64,000 nt of DNA from Sphaerisporangium sp. B11E5 (lineage in GTDB: Bacteria; Actinomycetota; Actinomycetes; Streptosporangiales; Streptosporangiaceae): NCBI RefSeq assembly GCF_039871875.1, contig NZ_JBDPMD010000008.1:108422-172421 (forward strand), written 5' to 3'. The stretch's first letter is position 1. Every line of letters starts with the position of its first letter. Shown one piece after another: positions 9,536 through 19,216 of the stretch. The translations under genes and the position numbers were made by a program. The notes under the pieces are model-generated. The model saw nothing but the letters and a program-made list of their open reading frames with translations. It searched no databases and had not been told where the DNA came from.

Positions 9536-10102
9536 CAGAATTCCCCGTTTGATCGACCGGCAGGCGCCGTGATGGCTCGAACTGATGGCCGGTGCGGTCC
9601 CGAGACTCCGGGCACCGCGACGGCACTCGTGTGGTCAGTTGTGGATCATGTGGACGAGCAGGTCGCCTGGGAAGACCGCCTCTCGATCAGCGCTCGCGAG
9701 CGCTGCCTACAGCATCGGGAGATATCCGAGGGATGTCATTGACCGTGAGTGCTCCGCGCTTGACGATGCGTGCTGACATCACGCGTCGCGGTCTCGCGTT
9801 CAGGCCGCGCGGAGGGTCGGAGGGTGCTGGTCGAGATGGTGGCGTCTGCTGGGTGGACGGGACACACGAAGGGCCAGACGGCAGGGGCGAGGTCATCGGC
9901 GGTGTGGCGAACGCGTCCGCCGCCGGGGAACTCGATCTCCCATTGCTCTAGATCTTGACCGTTACGGCACCAAGTTGCAAGACCTCACGTGAGCGATCAC
10001 TGCCGTGGGGGGGCCAGCCGTACGCCGGATACACCAGGTGGCCTCATTGAGCTGGGGATCTGTCCTCACGAGACTGATCAGCATCCCTCCAGAGAGGTCG
10101 CC

Positions 10103-12160
10103 ATGGACGCCAAGCCGTACGCACGAGGCTTCACCGGTGCCAGGATCACGGCTCTGGCGATCATCGTGATCATGGTGGTCGCCCTCGGGTACGTGAGCGT
10201 GCGAGGCGAGGCGAGGCCGGTGGTGCCCGCGGGTGCCAGGGCGGGGACGCTGACCCTGAAGGGCTGCACGTACGACACCGAGGCCGGAGCCCTCCCGGCC
10301 GACTGCGGCACGCTGGTGGTTCCGGAGAACCCCCGGGTCCCCGGTTCGCGCCTGATCGCGTTGCCGGTGACCCGCGTCCGGGCCACGGGGCCGAATCCGG
10401 CCGAGCCGATCTTCCGGCTCGCGGGTGGGCCCGGCCAGTCGAACATGTCCTTCCCGGAGGCGAGCCGTCTGACCGAGCGGCACGACGTCGTCCTGGTCGG
10501 GTACCGGGGCGTCGACGGGTCGGTGGTCCTCGACTGCCCCGAGGTGACCTCGGCGCTGCGGCACTCGGCCGACCTGGTCGGGGCGGAGTCGTCGCGTCGC
10601 GTGTCACAGGCGTTCACCGAGTGCTCGGGGCGGCTGACCAGGGGCGGCGTCGACCTCGACGGGTACTCGCTGCCTCAGCGTGCCGACGACCTGGAGGCGG
10701 CGCGCACGGCCCTCGGCTACCGGCGGGTCAACCTGCTCAGCCAGAGCGCGGGAACCCGCACCGCGATGATCTACGCCTGGCGGCATCCCGAGTCGATCCG
10801 CCGGTCGGTGATGTTCGGTGTCAACCCGCCGGGCCACTTCCTGTGGGATCCCGCGATCACCGACGACCAGCTCGCCCACTACGCCGAGCTGTGTGCCGCG
10901 GACGACGGGTGCGCCGCGCGTACCGACGACCTCACGGCCTCCCTCAGGGCCACCGCGGCCCGCCTGCCGGACCGCTGGGGCCTGCTGCCCGTCAAGGACG
11001 GCAACGTCCGCGCCGCGACACTGTTCGGGCTGGTCAACTCCACGAAAGCCGCCGCGCCGCTCAACGCGCCGACGGTGCTCGACGCCTGGCTGGCGGCGGC
11101 CGACGGCGACCCGAGCGGGTTGTGGGCCCTCTCGGTGCTGGCCGACCTGTCGTTCCCGGCGTCCTTCGTCTGGGGGGAGTCGGCCTCGGCCGGCATGATC
11201 GACGCCGGGCCGGTCGACCGCTACTACGCCGCGGGCGGCGACCCGGGCTCGATCCTCGGCAACGCCGGCGCGGACCTGCTGTGGGCCGGAGGCGGTCTCA
11301 CCAAGGCGTGGCCGATCAGCCCCGGCAACCGGGAGTACCAGACGGTCCGGCCGACCGGCGTGGAGACCCTCCTGATCAGCGGTAGCGTCGACTTCACGAC
11401 CCCGGCGCAGCCGGCCACCGACGAGCTGTTGCCCGCCCTGTCGAACGGCCGTCAGGTGATCCTCACCGAGCTCGGGCACGGCACCGACTTCTGGCGCTAC
11501 CAGCCTGAGGCGAACCGGCGGCTGCTGACCGCGTTCTTCGACGACGGCCAGGTCGACACCTCCCGGTACGAGACCCACAGGGTCGAGTTCGAGGTCGGGC
11601 CCCTCAGTCTGCCCACCGTCGCGAAGGTCCTCGTGGGCGTCCTGGCCGGCTTCGCGCTGATCGCCGTCGCCCTGCTCGGCGCGATGGCGTACCGGGTGCG
11701 CCGCCGGGGCGGCTTCGGCCCGAGGGCCGGCGTCTGGCTGCGTGTCCTGACCCCGATGTTCCTCGGCCTCGGCGGCTGGTCCACGGCCGTGCTGATCGTG
11801 TCGATCCTGTGGCCGGCGGCGTTCCCCGGCGACCTGCTCGTGACCGTGCCCCCCATCGGCGCCGCCATCGGGCTCGGCGCCTACCTGGCCTGGGTGCGGC
11901 GCGACCGGCCCCCCCGGATCCGGCATCGAGGCCTCGCAGCGGCACTGGCCGGTTCGTTCGCCGGCGCGTGGCTCGGTTCCTCCGCCGCCGAGGGCCTCGC
12001 CGGGACGATGACCACGATCGTCGGCGCGGCCGCCATCGCCAACCTCGCCCTTCTCGTCCTGGACGTCTTCTTCGCCCCCGGCCGATCGGCCCTCCCGGTC
12101 CCGGCCGCACCCTCCCCGACGGCCACCGCCACGAAGCCCGCTGGAGTCCCACCCAAATAG
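10103..12160 (+). CDS. Membrane-anchored alpha/beta hydrolase (TAP-like/tripeptidyl-aminopeptidase-type) with C-terminal multi-TM domain
   Basis: N-terminal TM helix, oxyanion-like GGPGQS, nucleophile elbow LLSQSAGT. C-terminal ~180 aa has four hydrophobic helices. RBS AGAGAGG before the ATG at 10103. Confidence 0.7.
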   Translation: MDAKPYARGFTGARITALAIIVIMVVALGYVSVRGEARPVVPAGARAGTLTLKGCTYDTEAGALPADCGTLVVPENPRVPGSRLIALPVTRVRATGPNPAEPIFRLAGGPGQSNMSFPEASRLTERHDVVLVGYRGVDGSVVLDCPEVTSALRHSADLVGAESSRRVSQAFTECSGRLTRGGVDLDGYSLPQRADDLEAARTALGYRRVNLLSQSAGTRTAMIYAWRHPESIRRSVMFGVNPPGHFLWDPAITDDQLAHYAELCAADDGCAARTDDLTASLRATAARLPDRWGLLPVKDGNVRAATLFGLVNSTKAAAPLNAPTVLDAWLAAADGDPSGLWALSVLADLSFPASFVWGESASAGMIDAGPVDRYYAAGGDPGSILGNAGADLLWAGGGLTKAWPISPGNREYQTVRPTGVETLLISGSVDFTTPAQPATDELLPALSNGRQVILTELGHGTDFWRYQPEANRRLLTAFFDDGQVDTSRYETHRVEFEVGPLSLPTVAKVLVGVLAGFALIAVALLGAMAYRVRRRGGFGPRAGVWLRVLTPMFLGLGGWSTAVLIVSILWPAAFPGDLLVTVPPIGAAIGLGAYLAWVRRDRPPRIRHRGLAAALAGSFAGAWLGSSAAEGLAGTMTTIVGAAAIANLALLVLDVFFAPGRSALPVPAAPSPTATATKPAGVPPK

Positions 12161-12249
12161 CAGGCCCGACTCGAACGTGTCACCACCGGCGCCGCTCGGT
12201 CTGTCCGTCCGCGAACTGGCGCGCCTCGACGACCCCGTCTCAGTCCGTA

Positions 12250-12589
12250 CCGTCAGCAGAAAAGGCGGGAAAGCGACCACTTGAGGATGCGCTTGAACCC
12301 AGTCTCTCAATTCAGGCCCGAGCGCACCGTAAAGCTCGGCCTCCACCATCGTCGAGCACTGTCCCACCCGCGCCAGCAAATCCGCCACCCGCGCGTTGTG
12401 CGCCAGAGCCGCCGCCGTGTCGGCGTACTCCTCCAGGACCAGGTAGCTGCCGTCATCCGACGTGAAGAACCGGTAGGTGAGAGTGCCGGGCTCATCTTTC
12501 GTACGTTCGCGTAATTCCTGCACCAAGCCTTCGAATTCCGCTCGTCGCTGGTCCTGGACGTTGAACCGCGCTCGGGCAAAGATGCTCAT
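12250..12589 (-). CDS. Antibiotic-biosynthesis-monooxygenase (ABM/Dabb) domain protein; 3' end uncertain (no in-frame stop nearby)
   Basis: MSIFARARFNVQDQRRAEFEGLVQELRERTKDEPGTLTYRFFTSDDGSYLVLEEYADTAAALAHNARVADLLARV… is typical of ~100-aa ABM proteins. The reading frame runs on for 661 codons antisense to the hydrolase gene, so the true stop is unclear. Confidence 0.4.
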
Positions 12590-12665
12590 ATCCGTATTCG
12601 ACCAGATCGTCAGCCGATCTGGTCACGCCGGCTGGGCGGCGCCCACGACACCCAAGGCTCGTGAC

Positions 12666-13115
12666 TCACTCTTCGCTGAAGTAGGAGAACGGCGCGACTG
12701 ACACACCTTCGGACACGGCTCTCTCGTCGTCCTCTCCGGCGTCCGGATCGAGGTCCAGGGCCCACAGCGAGTGCATGGACCACACGGAGAAACCGGCGTG
12801 GAAGTGGAACCCGATGTCGGACGGGACGCTCGTGTACCCCTTGGCCGCCAGGTCGGCGACGACGTCGTCAAGGAACCGGAAGGTCAACTGGACCCCGTCG
12901 AAGAAGACCTCCCCACCCCCGCGGCCGCCGTACCCGAGCTCGACCAGCTCAACGGTGTCGTCCCGGTCGTAGTGGACGACCAGGGCCGGCGTGGTGGGGT
13001 AGACGGCACGCGCACGGCCTGGCCCGTGCGCCGGTTCCCCGACGCGCTCCTCGACGTCCGCCCGGGTCTCCCCGATCTTCGCCAGAGCCACGCCCCGCCC
13101 AGGAATGATCTCCAT
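12666..13115 (-). CDS. Hypothetical protein (~149 aa)
   Basis: ORF starting MEIIPGRGVALAKIGETRADVEERV with good GC3. No recognisable motif. Confidence 0.4.
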   Translation of the reverse strand: MEIIPGRGVALAKIGETRADVEERVGEPAHGPGRARAVYPTTPALVVHYDRDDTVELVELGYGGRGGGEVFFDGVQLTFRFLDDVVADLAAKGYTSVPSDIGFHFHAGFSVWSMHSLWALDLDPDAGEDDERAVSEGVSVAPFSYFSEE

Positions 13116-13387
13116 GGACCGACATGCTGCCAGAGGCTCGCCGAGCTCACACAGGCGACGCCACCTCGAACCAGACGACCCGCGCCGCACCGTCCCGCTC
13201 CCGTCCCCAAGCTGTGGACAACTCCCGCACCAGCCCGGCCGGATCTCATGCGGCCCATATTCGTGATGCCCTGTGTGAGATGGCAGAAAGCCCATCGCCG
13301 AGAGCTATGAGAATGGGGGTCACGTGAACACATGCAGGCGATGCTCGCTCCGGCCGGCTGACTTACAGGATTTGATTTGGGGGACTG

Positions 13388-13933
13388 ATGGAGGGCTTGT
13401 CCATCAGGGATATGACGATGCGCGATGTCCGCCAGGTGTCGACGGTTCGTATCACAGGGTGGAAAGCGGCTTACGTTGGCATGGTTCCTCAGGAGTATCT
13501 GGACGGGCTCAGCGTCGAGGCCGACATGGAGCAGCGGAGGAAGCTGTTCGGGAGGGATGCTCGGGTTCACGATGTCGTGGCGGAGCACGGTGGTGCGGTG
13601 GTGGGCTGGGCGGTCCTGGGGCCCTGCCGGGATGAGTGGGGTACCGGGCGGGACGGTGAGATCTATGCGCTGTACGTCGCTCCGGAGCTGATCGGGAGAG
13701 GTGTCGGACGCGGGCTCGTGCGTGAACTGGTGTCTCGTGCCCGGCGAGCGAACCAGGAGTTCCTTCACGTGTGGGTCATCGAGGAGAACCACCGGGCCCG
13801 GCGCTTCTACGAACGTGCGGGCTTCACGCCGGACGGCGAACGGGAGCTGTGGGATGTGGGCGGGGCGTCCGTGCCGGAACTGCGGTACGTCCGGGCACTG
13901 AGCGAGGCCGGACAGAGAGCCCGGCGGGACTGA
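13388..13933 (+). CDS. GNAT family N-acetyltransferase
   Basis: Acetyl-CoA binding motif region …IGRGVGRGLVRELVSRAR… and FYERAGF. RBS GGGGGA precedes the start. Confidence 0.8.
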   Translation: MEGLSIRDMTMRDVRQVSTVRITGWKAAYVGMVPQEYLDGLSVEADMEQRRKLFGRDARVHDVVAEHGGAVVGWAVLGPCRDEWGTGRDGEIYALYVAPELIGRGVGRGLVRELVSRARRANQEFLHVWVIEENHRARRFYERAGFTPDGERELWDVGGASVPELRYVRALSEAGQRARRD

Positions 13934-14019
13934 CGGCGGCGTACGCGTCGACCGCGCCACCCCTCTCCGCGCGACCTGGCCCCTTGACGGGAGGCCGGGT
14001 GTGCGCAGAAACTCATCAC

Positions 14020-14754
14020 ATGTTGAATTCAGTGGCCGTGGCCGTGGCCGTGGAAGGACTGCGGGTGCGGCGAGGGGGACGGGAAGTCCTCCATGGAATC
14101 GGGCTGTCGGTGCCTCGGGGAAGTGTCACGGGGCTCATCGGGCCGAGTGGGTGCGGGAAGACCACGCTCATGCGGGCGGTCGTGGGGGCGCAGGTCGTGC
14201 AGGGGGGGACGGTCACGGTGCTGGGGGAGGCGGCGGGCAGTTCGTCGTTGCGGCGGCGGGTGGGGTACGCGACCCAGCATCCGTCTGTCTACTCGGACCT
14301 CACCGTCGTGGAGAACCTCCGGTACTTCGCGGCGGTGCTCCGGGCGCCTCGGGGGGACGTCGAGAGGGTGATGGCCGAGGTCGGGCTGGAGGGGCACGGG
14401 AACCAGGCGGCGGGGCGGCTCTCCGGAGGGCAACTGTCGCGGACGAGTCTCGCGGTGGCGTTGCTCGGCGAGCCGGAGCTGCTGGTGCTCGACGAGCCCA
14501 CGGTCGGGCTGGATCCGCTGCTCCGGGATGAGTTGTGGGGCCTGTTCCGGGGGCTCGCGGGGCGGGGGGTCACGCTGATCGTGTCCAGTCACGTGATGGA
14601 CGAGGCGGCGCGGTGTGAGCGGCTGGTGCTCATGCGGGAGGGCCGGGTGCTCGCGGACGACACACCTGAGGCGTTGCGGGCGGGGACCGGGGCCGACGAT
14701 CTGGAGCAGGCGTTCCTGCGGCTGGTGCGGGAGCGGGAGGCGATGGCGTCATGA
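14020..14754 (+). CDS. ABC transporter ATP-binding protein
   Basis: Walker A GPSGCGKTT, signature LSGGQLSR, Walker B LLVLDEPT. The stop overlaps the permease start (ATGA). Confidence 0.8.
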   Translation: MLNSVAVAVAVEGLRVRRGGREVLHGIGLSVPRGSVTGLIGPSGCGKTTLMRAVVGAQVVQGGTVTVLGEAAGSSSLRRRVGYATQHPSVYSDLTVVENLRYFAAVLRAPRGDVERVMAEVGLEGHGNQAAGRLSGGQLSRTSLAVALLGEPELLVLDEPTVGLDPLLRDELWGLFRGLAGRGVTLIVSSHVMDEAARCERLVLMREGRVLADDTPEALRAGTGADDLEQAFLRLVREREAMAS

Positions 14755-15485
14755 GCGTTTCGCTGACTCTCGCGACGGCGCGGCGGATCCTCAGCCAGTT
14801 CCGGCACGATCCGCGGACGGTGGGGCTGATGGTGCTGATGCCGTCGGTGCTGCTCGTGCTGCTGCGGTACATGCTGAACTCCGAGCAGGCGTTCAGCCGG
14901 GCCGCGCCGGCGCTGCTTGCCGTGTTCCCGTTCGCGATCATGTTCATCGTCACGTCGATCACGACGCTGCGTGAGCGGACGTCGGCGACGCTGGAGCGCC
15001 TGATGACGCTGCCCATCGGGAAGCTCGACCTGCTGACCGGGTACGCCATCGCGTTCGGGCTGGTCGCGGTGGCGCAGGTATGCGTGGCGGCGGCGGTGTC
15101 GCTGGCCTGGCTGGGGCTGGACATCCAGGGCTCGGTGGGGCTGCTGCTGGCGATCGCGGTGCTGGACGCGCTGCTCGGGACGGCGCTCGGGTTGTTCGCC
15201 AGCGCGTTCGCGCGCACCGAGTTCCAGGCCGTGCAGTTCATGCCGGCGTTCGTGATGCCGCAGGTGCTGCTGTGCGGGCTGTTCATCCCCCGGGACGCGA
15301 TGACGCCGGTGCTGGAGTGGATCTCGGCGGCGCTGCCCCTGTCGTACGCCGTGGACGCGCTCACGCAGGTCACGACGTCGAGCGAGGTGAGCGGCACCCT
15401 GCTGCGCAACCTGCTCATCGTGGCCGTGTGCGCGTTGCTGGGGCTCATCCTCGGCGCGGCGACGCTGCGGCGGCGGACCGCCTGA
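14751..15485 (+). CDS. ABC-2 type transporter permease
   Basis: Six hydrophobic helices. Start is translationally coupled (ATGA) to the upstream ATPase. Confidence 0.8.
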   Translation: MSVSLTLATARRILSQFRHDPRTVGLMVLMPSVLLVLLRYMLNSEQAFSRAAPALLAVFPFAIMFIVTSITTLRERTSATLERLMTLPIGKLDLLTGYAIAFGLVAVAQVCVAAAVSLAWLGLDIQGSVGLLLAIAVLDALLGTALGLFASAFARTEFQAVQFMPAFVMPQVLLCGLFIPRDAMTPVLEWISAALPLSYAVDALTQVTTSSEVSGTLLRNLLIVAVCALLGLILGAATLRRRTA

Positions 15486-15610
15486 GCCGACGGAAGTCGT
15501 CCTGGCCGCCTACTTCGGTCGGCCGGGACGGCTTTTTCCGCTACCGGCGTCGGGTGGTCCGGTGCCGACGGCCGATTTCCGGGGGGACGGCGGGGGCCTA
15601 GCGTTCCCGT

Positions 15611-16591
15611 ATGGACGAGACCGTGGTCGCGGCACGGCCGAGAGGCCTGGCGCGGGTGGCGCCCGCTGTGGGGTTGTTCTTCCTGGCGCCGCTGGTGGGG
15701 GAGTACCTGCTGGGCAACGTGCCGACATCGGAGATCCTCGCGATCCCCTTCCTGGCGCCCATGTACGGAGGCGGGGCCCTGCTGGTCCGGGAGGTCGCGC
15801 GGCGGGCCGGGCGGGGGTGGCCGACCATGCTGCTGCTCGCCGCCGCCTACGGGGTGTTCCAGGCGGGCATCCTCGACCAGTCGCTGTTCAACTCCGACTA
15901 CGACGGCCGGTACGACTTCACGAGCATCGCGGCGGTGCCCTGGCTGGGCGTCAGCGCCTACCACGCCGAGGCCTTCGTGGCAGGGCACGTGATCTGGAGC
16001 ATCGGGATCCCGATCGCGCTGGTCGAGGCGCTGGTGCCGCGGCGGCGGACGGCGCCGTGGCTGGGGTGGGGCGGGCTGGCGGTGACCGTCGTGCTCTTCG
16101 CGTTCGGCTGCAAGATCATCTTTGACGACCACACGCGGACCTTCATGGCGTCCGCGCCGCAGTTGGCCGGGGCGGCGGTGGTGACGGCCGGCCTGGTCGC
16201 CGCCGCGTTCGCCGTGCGGAAGGTCCCGGTCAGCGGACGGCGGACGCCCCGGCCCGTGGCGGTCGCGTTGATCATGTGTGTGCTGAGCGGGGTGTTCGCG
16301 GCCCGGTCGGAGAGCTGGGGAGGCGCGGTGCTCGGCGCCGTGCTGCTCGCGGCGATGGCGGTGCTGCTGGTCCGCTGGTCGGGGCGGGAGAAATGGAGCC
16401 CGCTCCATGTGGTCGGGGCGGCGGGGGGCGCGCTGGTGACGTACATGTGGCTCGGGTACCTGCTGCTGTACCTGACCGGGGTCGCGACGCCGGCCAACCT
16501 GGTGGGGCAGACCGTGCTGGTGGTGGCCGTGGCCGGCCTCGTGGTGCTCGCCGCCCGTCAGTCGTGGCGGGGGCGGCCGGAGAGTTCGTGA
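15611..16591 (+). CDS. Integral membrane protein, hypothetical (~8 TM)
   Basis: Highly hydrophobic 326-aa ORF with good GC3. No recognisable catalytic motif. Confidence 0.5.
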   Translation: MDETVVAARPRGLARVAPAVGLFFLAPLVGEYLLGNVPTSEILAIPFLAPMYGGGALLVREVARRAGRGWPTMLLLAAAYGVFQAGILDQSLFNSDYDGRYDFTSIAAVPWLGVSAYHAEAFVAGHVIWSIGIPIALVEALVPRRRTAPWLGWGGLAVTVVLFAFGCKIIFDDHTRTFMASAPQLAGAAVVTAGLVAAAFAVRKVPVSGRRTPRPVAVALIMCVLSGVFAARSESWGGAVLGAVLLAAMAVLLVRWSGREKWSPLHVVGAAGGALVTYMWLGYLLLYLTGVATPANLVGQTVLVVAVAGLVVLAARQSWRGRPESS

Positions 16592-16935
16592 TCGGCGTGG
16601 GAGAGGGCCTCGGCGATGAGGGCGCGGACGTGGGAGTCCCTCGCGCGGTAGCGGACGTGCCGCCCTTCTCTGCGGGTGTCGACCAAGCCGGCGAGGCGCA
16701 GCTTGGCGAGGTGCTGGGAGACGGAGGGGCGGGGCGCGCCGAGAGCCTCGGCGAGGGAGCCGACGTCGTACTCGCCGGAGGAGAGGAGCCACATCAGGCG
16801 CAGGCGGGTGGGGTCGCTGAGCATGCGGAACGCCTCTACGGCGGTGGTGACCTGGGCGGGAGTGGGTTGCTCCTGCGAGTGACTGGCACCTGATAGATTG
16901 TCGCGTGCGCACATGAATACATATAGTGGAGGCAC
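16558..16935 (-). CDS. ArsR/SmtB family metalloregulatory transcription factor
   Basis: HTH region FRMLSDPTRLRLMWLL…SVSQHLAKLRLAGLV. Divergent from the CDF transporter gene. Exact start uncertain (16935 or 16914). Confidence 0.75.
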   Translation of the reverse strand: MPPLYVFMCARDNLSGASHSQEQPTPAQVTTAVEAFRMLSDPTRLRLMWLLSSGEYDVGSLAEALGAPRPSVSQHLAKLRLAGLVDTRREGRHVRYRARDSHVRALIAEALSHADHELSGRPRHD

Positions 16936-16967
16936 TGGGACGTCGTTGGCAAATCGAGGGGCCTCTC

Positions 16968-17018
16968 ATGCATGGTCACGGGCACGGTCACGGTCACGGG
17001 CACGGTCATGGGCACGGA
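16968..17018. repeat. Hexanucleotide microsatellite (CAYGGN)8 encoding (HG)8
   Basis: CATGGTCACGGGCACGGTCACGGTCACGGGCACGGTCATGGGCAC. Confidence 0.7.
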
Positions 17019-17996
17019 CGGGGAGTCCTGGGGAGGGTGCGGCGGGTGTTGGTGCCGCACAGCCATGACAGCGCGGACAGGACGGACGCGGCCCTGGAGG
17101 GCAGCGAGCGGGGGATGCGCGTGCTGGCCGTGTCGTTCGCGGTGCTGGTGGGCACGGCGGCGGTCCAGGCGGTGGTCGTCGGGGTGTCCGGGTCGGTGGC
17201 GTTGCTCGGCGACACGTTGCACAACTTCGCGGACGCGTTGACGGCGGTGCCGCTCGCCATCGCGTTCTCGCTGGGACGCCGGGCCGCCACACGGCGGTTC
17301 ACCTACGGGTACGGGCGGGCGGAGGACCTGGCGGGCATCGTCATCGTGCTGGTCATCGCGGCGTCGGCGGCCCTGGCCGGGTTCGAGGCGGTCAGGCGGC
17401 TGCTTCATCCACAAGATGTGCACGCCCTGGGCTGGGTGGCGGCGGCGGCCCTGATCGGCTTCGCGGGCAACGAGTGGGTGGCCCGGTACCGGATCAGGGT
17501 GGGACGCGAGATCGGGTCGGCGGCGCTGGTCGCGGACGGCCTGCACGCCCGTGCGGACGGCTTCACGTCGCTGGCCGTGCTGCTCGGCGCCGGAGGCGCG
17601 GCACTGGGCTTCCCCCTCGCCGACCCTCTCGTCGGGCTGCTCATCACCGGCGCCATCTGCTTCGTGCTGCGGGACGCCGCGCGGGAGATCTACCACCGCC
17701 TGATGGACGCGGTGGACCCCTCCCTGATCGACGCCGCCGAGCGCATCCTGCTGGCGGTCCCCGGTGTACGCGGCGCCGGCGCGGTCCGGCTGCGCTGGAT
17801 CGGCCACGCCCTGCACGCCGAGGTCGAGATCCTCGTCGACCACGACCTCACCCTGGTCGAGGCCCACGCGGTCGCCGTCGAGACCGAACACCGCCTCATC
17901 CACCACCTCCCCCGCCTGCGCGCCGCCACCGTCCACACCGACCCCCACGACCCCACCGGCGCCGACCACCACGCGGCCCTCTCCACCCACCGCTAG
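16968..17996 (+). CDS. Cation diffusion facilitator (CzcD-like) metal efflux transporter with N-terminal (HG)8 His-rich tract
   Basis: MHGHGHGHGHGHGHGHG…; CDF signature regions and 6 TM helices; C-terminal cytoplasmic domain. RBS GAGGGG lies 10 nt upstream of the ATG at 16968. Confidence 0.85.
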   Translation: MHGHGHGHGHGHGHGHGRGVLGRVRRVLVPHSHDSADRTDAALEGSERGMRVLAVSFAVLVGTAAVQAVVVGVSGSVALLGDTLHNFADALTAVPLAIAFSLGRRAATRRFTYGYGRAEDLAGIVIVLVIAASAALAGFEAVRRLLHPQDVHALGWVAAAALIGFAGNEWVARYRIRVGREIGSAALVADGLHARADGFTSLAVLLGAGGAALGFPLADPLVGLLITGAICFVLRDAAREIYHRLMDAVDPSLIDAAERILLAVPGVRGAGAVRLRWIGHALHAEVEILVDHDLTLVEAHAVAVETEHRLIHHLPRLRAATVHTDPHDPTGADHHAALSTHR

Positions 17997-18005
17997 GTTC
18001 GGGGC

Positions 18006-18995
18006 ATGCGCGTGTTGTTCGTGAGTCTTTCTTCGGCGGGACACACCTACCCGCTGGTTCCGCTGGCCGTGGCGGCGCGGGACGCGGGGCACGAGGTGCG
18101 GTTCGCGGTGGGGGAGGGCATGCACCCGGCGCTGGAAGGGCTGGGGGTGAGGCCCTTCCGGGTGGCGGACTCGTTCTACGAGGTCTACGCGGAGGACATG
18201 GAGCCGGAGCTGCGGCGGTGGCGGCCCGATCTCGTGGTGCACGGGTGGGGGGTGCCGGGCGCGGCCGTGGCGGCCGTCAGGGCGGGGGTGCCCGGGCTCT
18301 GGCACGGGTTCGGGCGCATGTTCCCCGACGGCATCGGGCTGGAGCCGCCGGCGCGGAACGCCGAGACACGCGGGCGGCCGCACATCGACATCTGCCCGGC
18401 GTCGCTGCAGGACAAGGAGTTCCTGGAGACAGAGGAGCGCGTCCCGCTGCGGCCGGTGCCGTTCTCGGGGACACACGGGCCGAAGGGATGGGACGTATCA
18501 CCGGGGCCGGTCGTCTACGTGACGCTCGGGACGGCGTTCGGGACGCCGGAGCTGCTGCGCATGCTGATCGACGGGCTGGCGGTCACGGCCGCGCGGGTCG
18601 TGGTGGCGGCGGGCCGGGTAGCGGTGGAGGAGGTCGGGGCCGTGCCGGGGAACGTCACGGTGCGCACGTGGGTGGACCAGGCGGAGTTGTGGCCCCATGT
18701 GGACGTGGTGGTGCACCACGGGGGGAGCGGGACGACGCTCGGGGCGCTCGGCGCGGGGGTGCCGCAGGTGATGCTGCCGCAGGGGGCCGACCAGTTCGCC
18801 AACGCCGAGGCGGTCGCGGCGGCGGGGGCGGGGCTGCGGCTGCTCCCGGGGGAGGTGACCGCCGGCGCCGTCGCCGGGTGTGTCGCCGAGGCGCGGCACG
18901 GCGGGTACCGGGACGCGGCACGGGCGATCGCCGAGGAGATCGCCCGTATGCCCTCACCGCGGGAAGTGGCCCGCCGCCTGCCGGAGTTCGTCTAG
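18006..18995 (+). CDS. GT1-family UDP-glycosyltransferase (macrolide glycosyltransferase-like)
   Basis: C-terminal donor-binding motif VDVVVHHGGSGTTLGALGAGVPQVMLPQGADQ. 329 aa, which is short for the family. Confidence 0.75.
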   Translation: MRVLFVSLSSAGHTYPLVPLAVAARDAGHEVRFAVGEGMHPALEGLGVRPFRVADSFYEVYAEDMEPELRRWRPDLVVHGWGVPGAAVAAVRAGVPGLWHGFGRMFPDGIGLEPPARNAETRGRPHIDICPASLQDKEFLETEERVPLRPVPFSGTHGPKGWDVSPGPVVYVTLGTAFGTPELLRMLIDGLAVTAARVVVAAGRVAVEEVGAVPGNVTVRTWVDQAELWPHVDVVVHHGGSGTTLGALGAGVPQVMLPQGADQFANAEAVAAAGAGLRLLPGEVTAGAVAGCVAEARHGGYRDAARAIAEEIARMPSPREVARRLPEFV

Positions 18996-19216
18996 AGCGT
19001 CACCAGGCGAAGGTGGTCTCCAGGTCGAGCACGCGGCCGGTGCGGGCCCTCGTCCTGAAGCGTCCACCACCGGGGCACGAGCAGATGCCGAGGAGTGACC
19101 GTCATGGGCCCCCGCCACCGGGACGCCGGCCGCGTCACCTGGCCGGCGAGCCGTGCGGCGTACTCCCGCCGGGCCGTGTGTGCCTATCCATGGGTCACCG
19201 GCTTCTCCGTCCCGGT

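Noticed and set aside
9592-9951. 119-aa ORF in the RHS/hydrolase intergenic region
   Set aside because: No RBS, poor GC3 and Arg/Gly-rich junk translation. The region is better explained as divergent promoters.
12307-12579. 90-aa ORF overlapping the ABM gene in another frame
   Set aside because: It overlaps a gene with a clear domain signature and has no motif, so it is an alternative-frame artefact.
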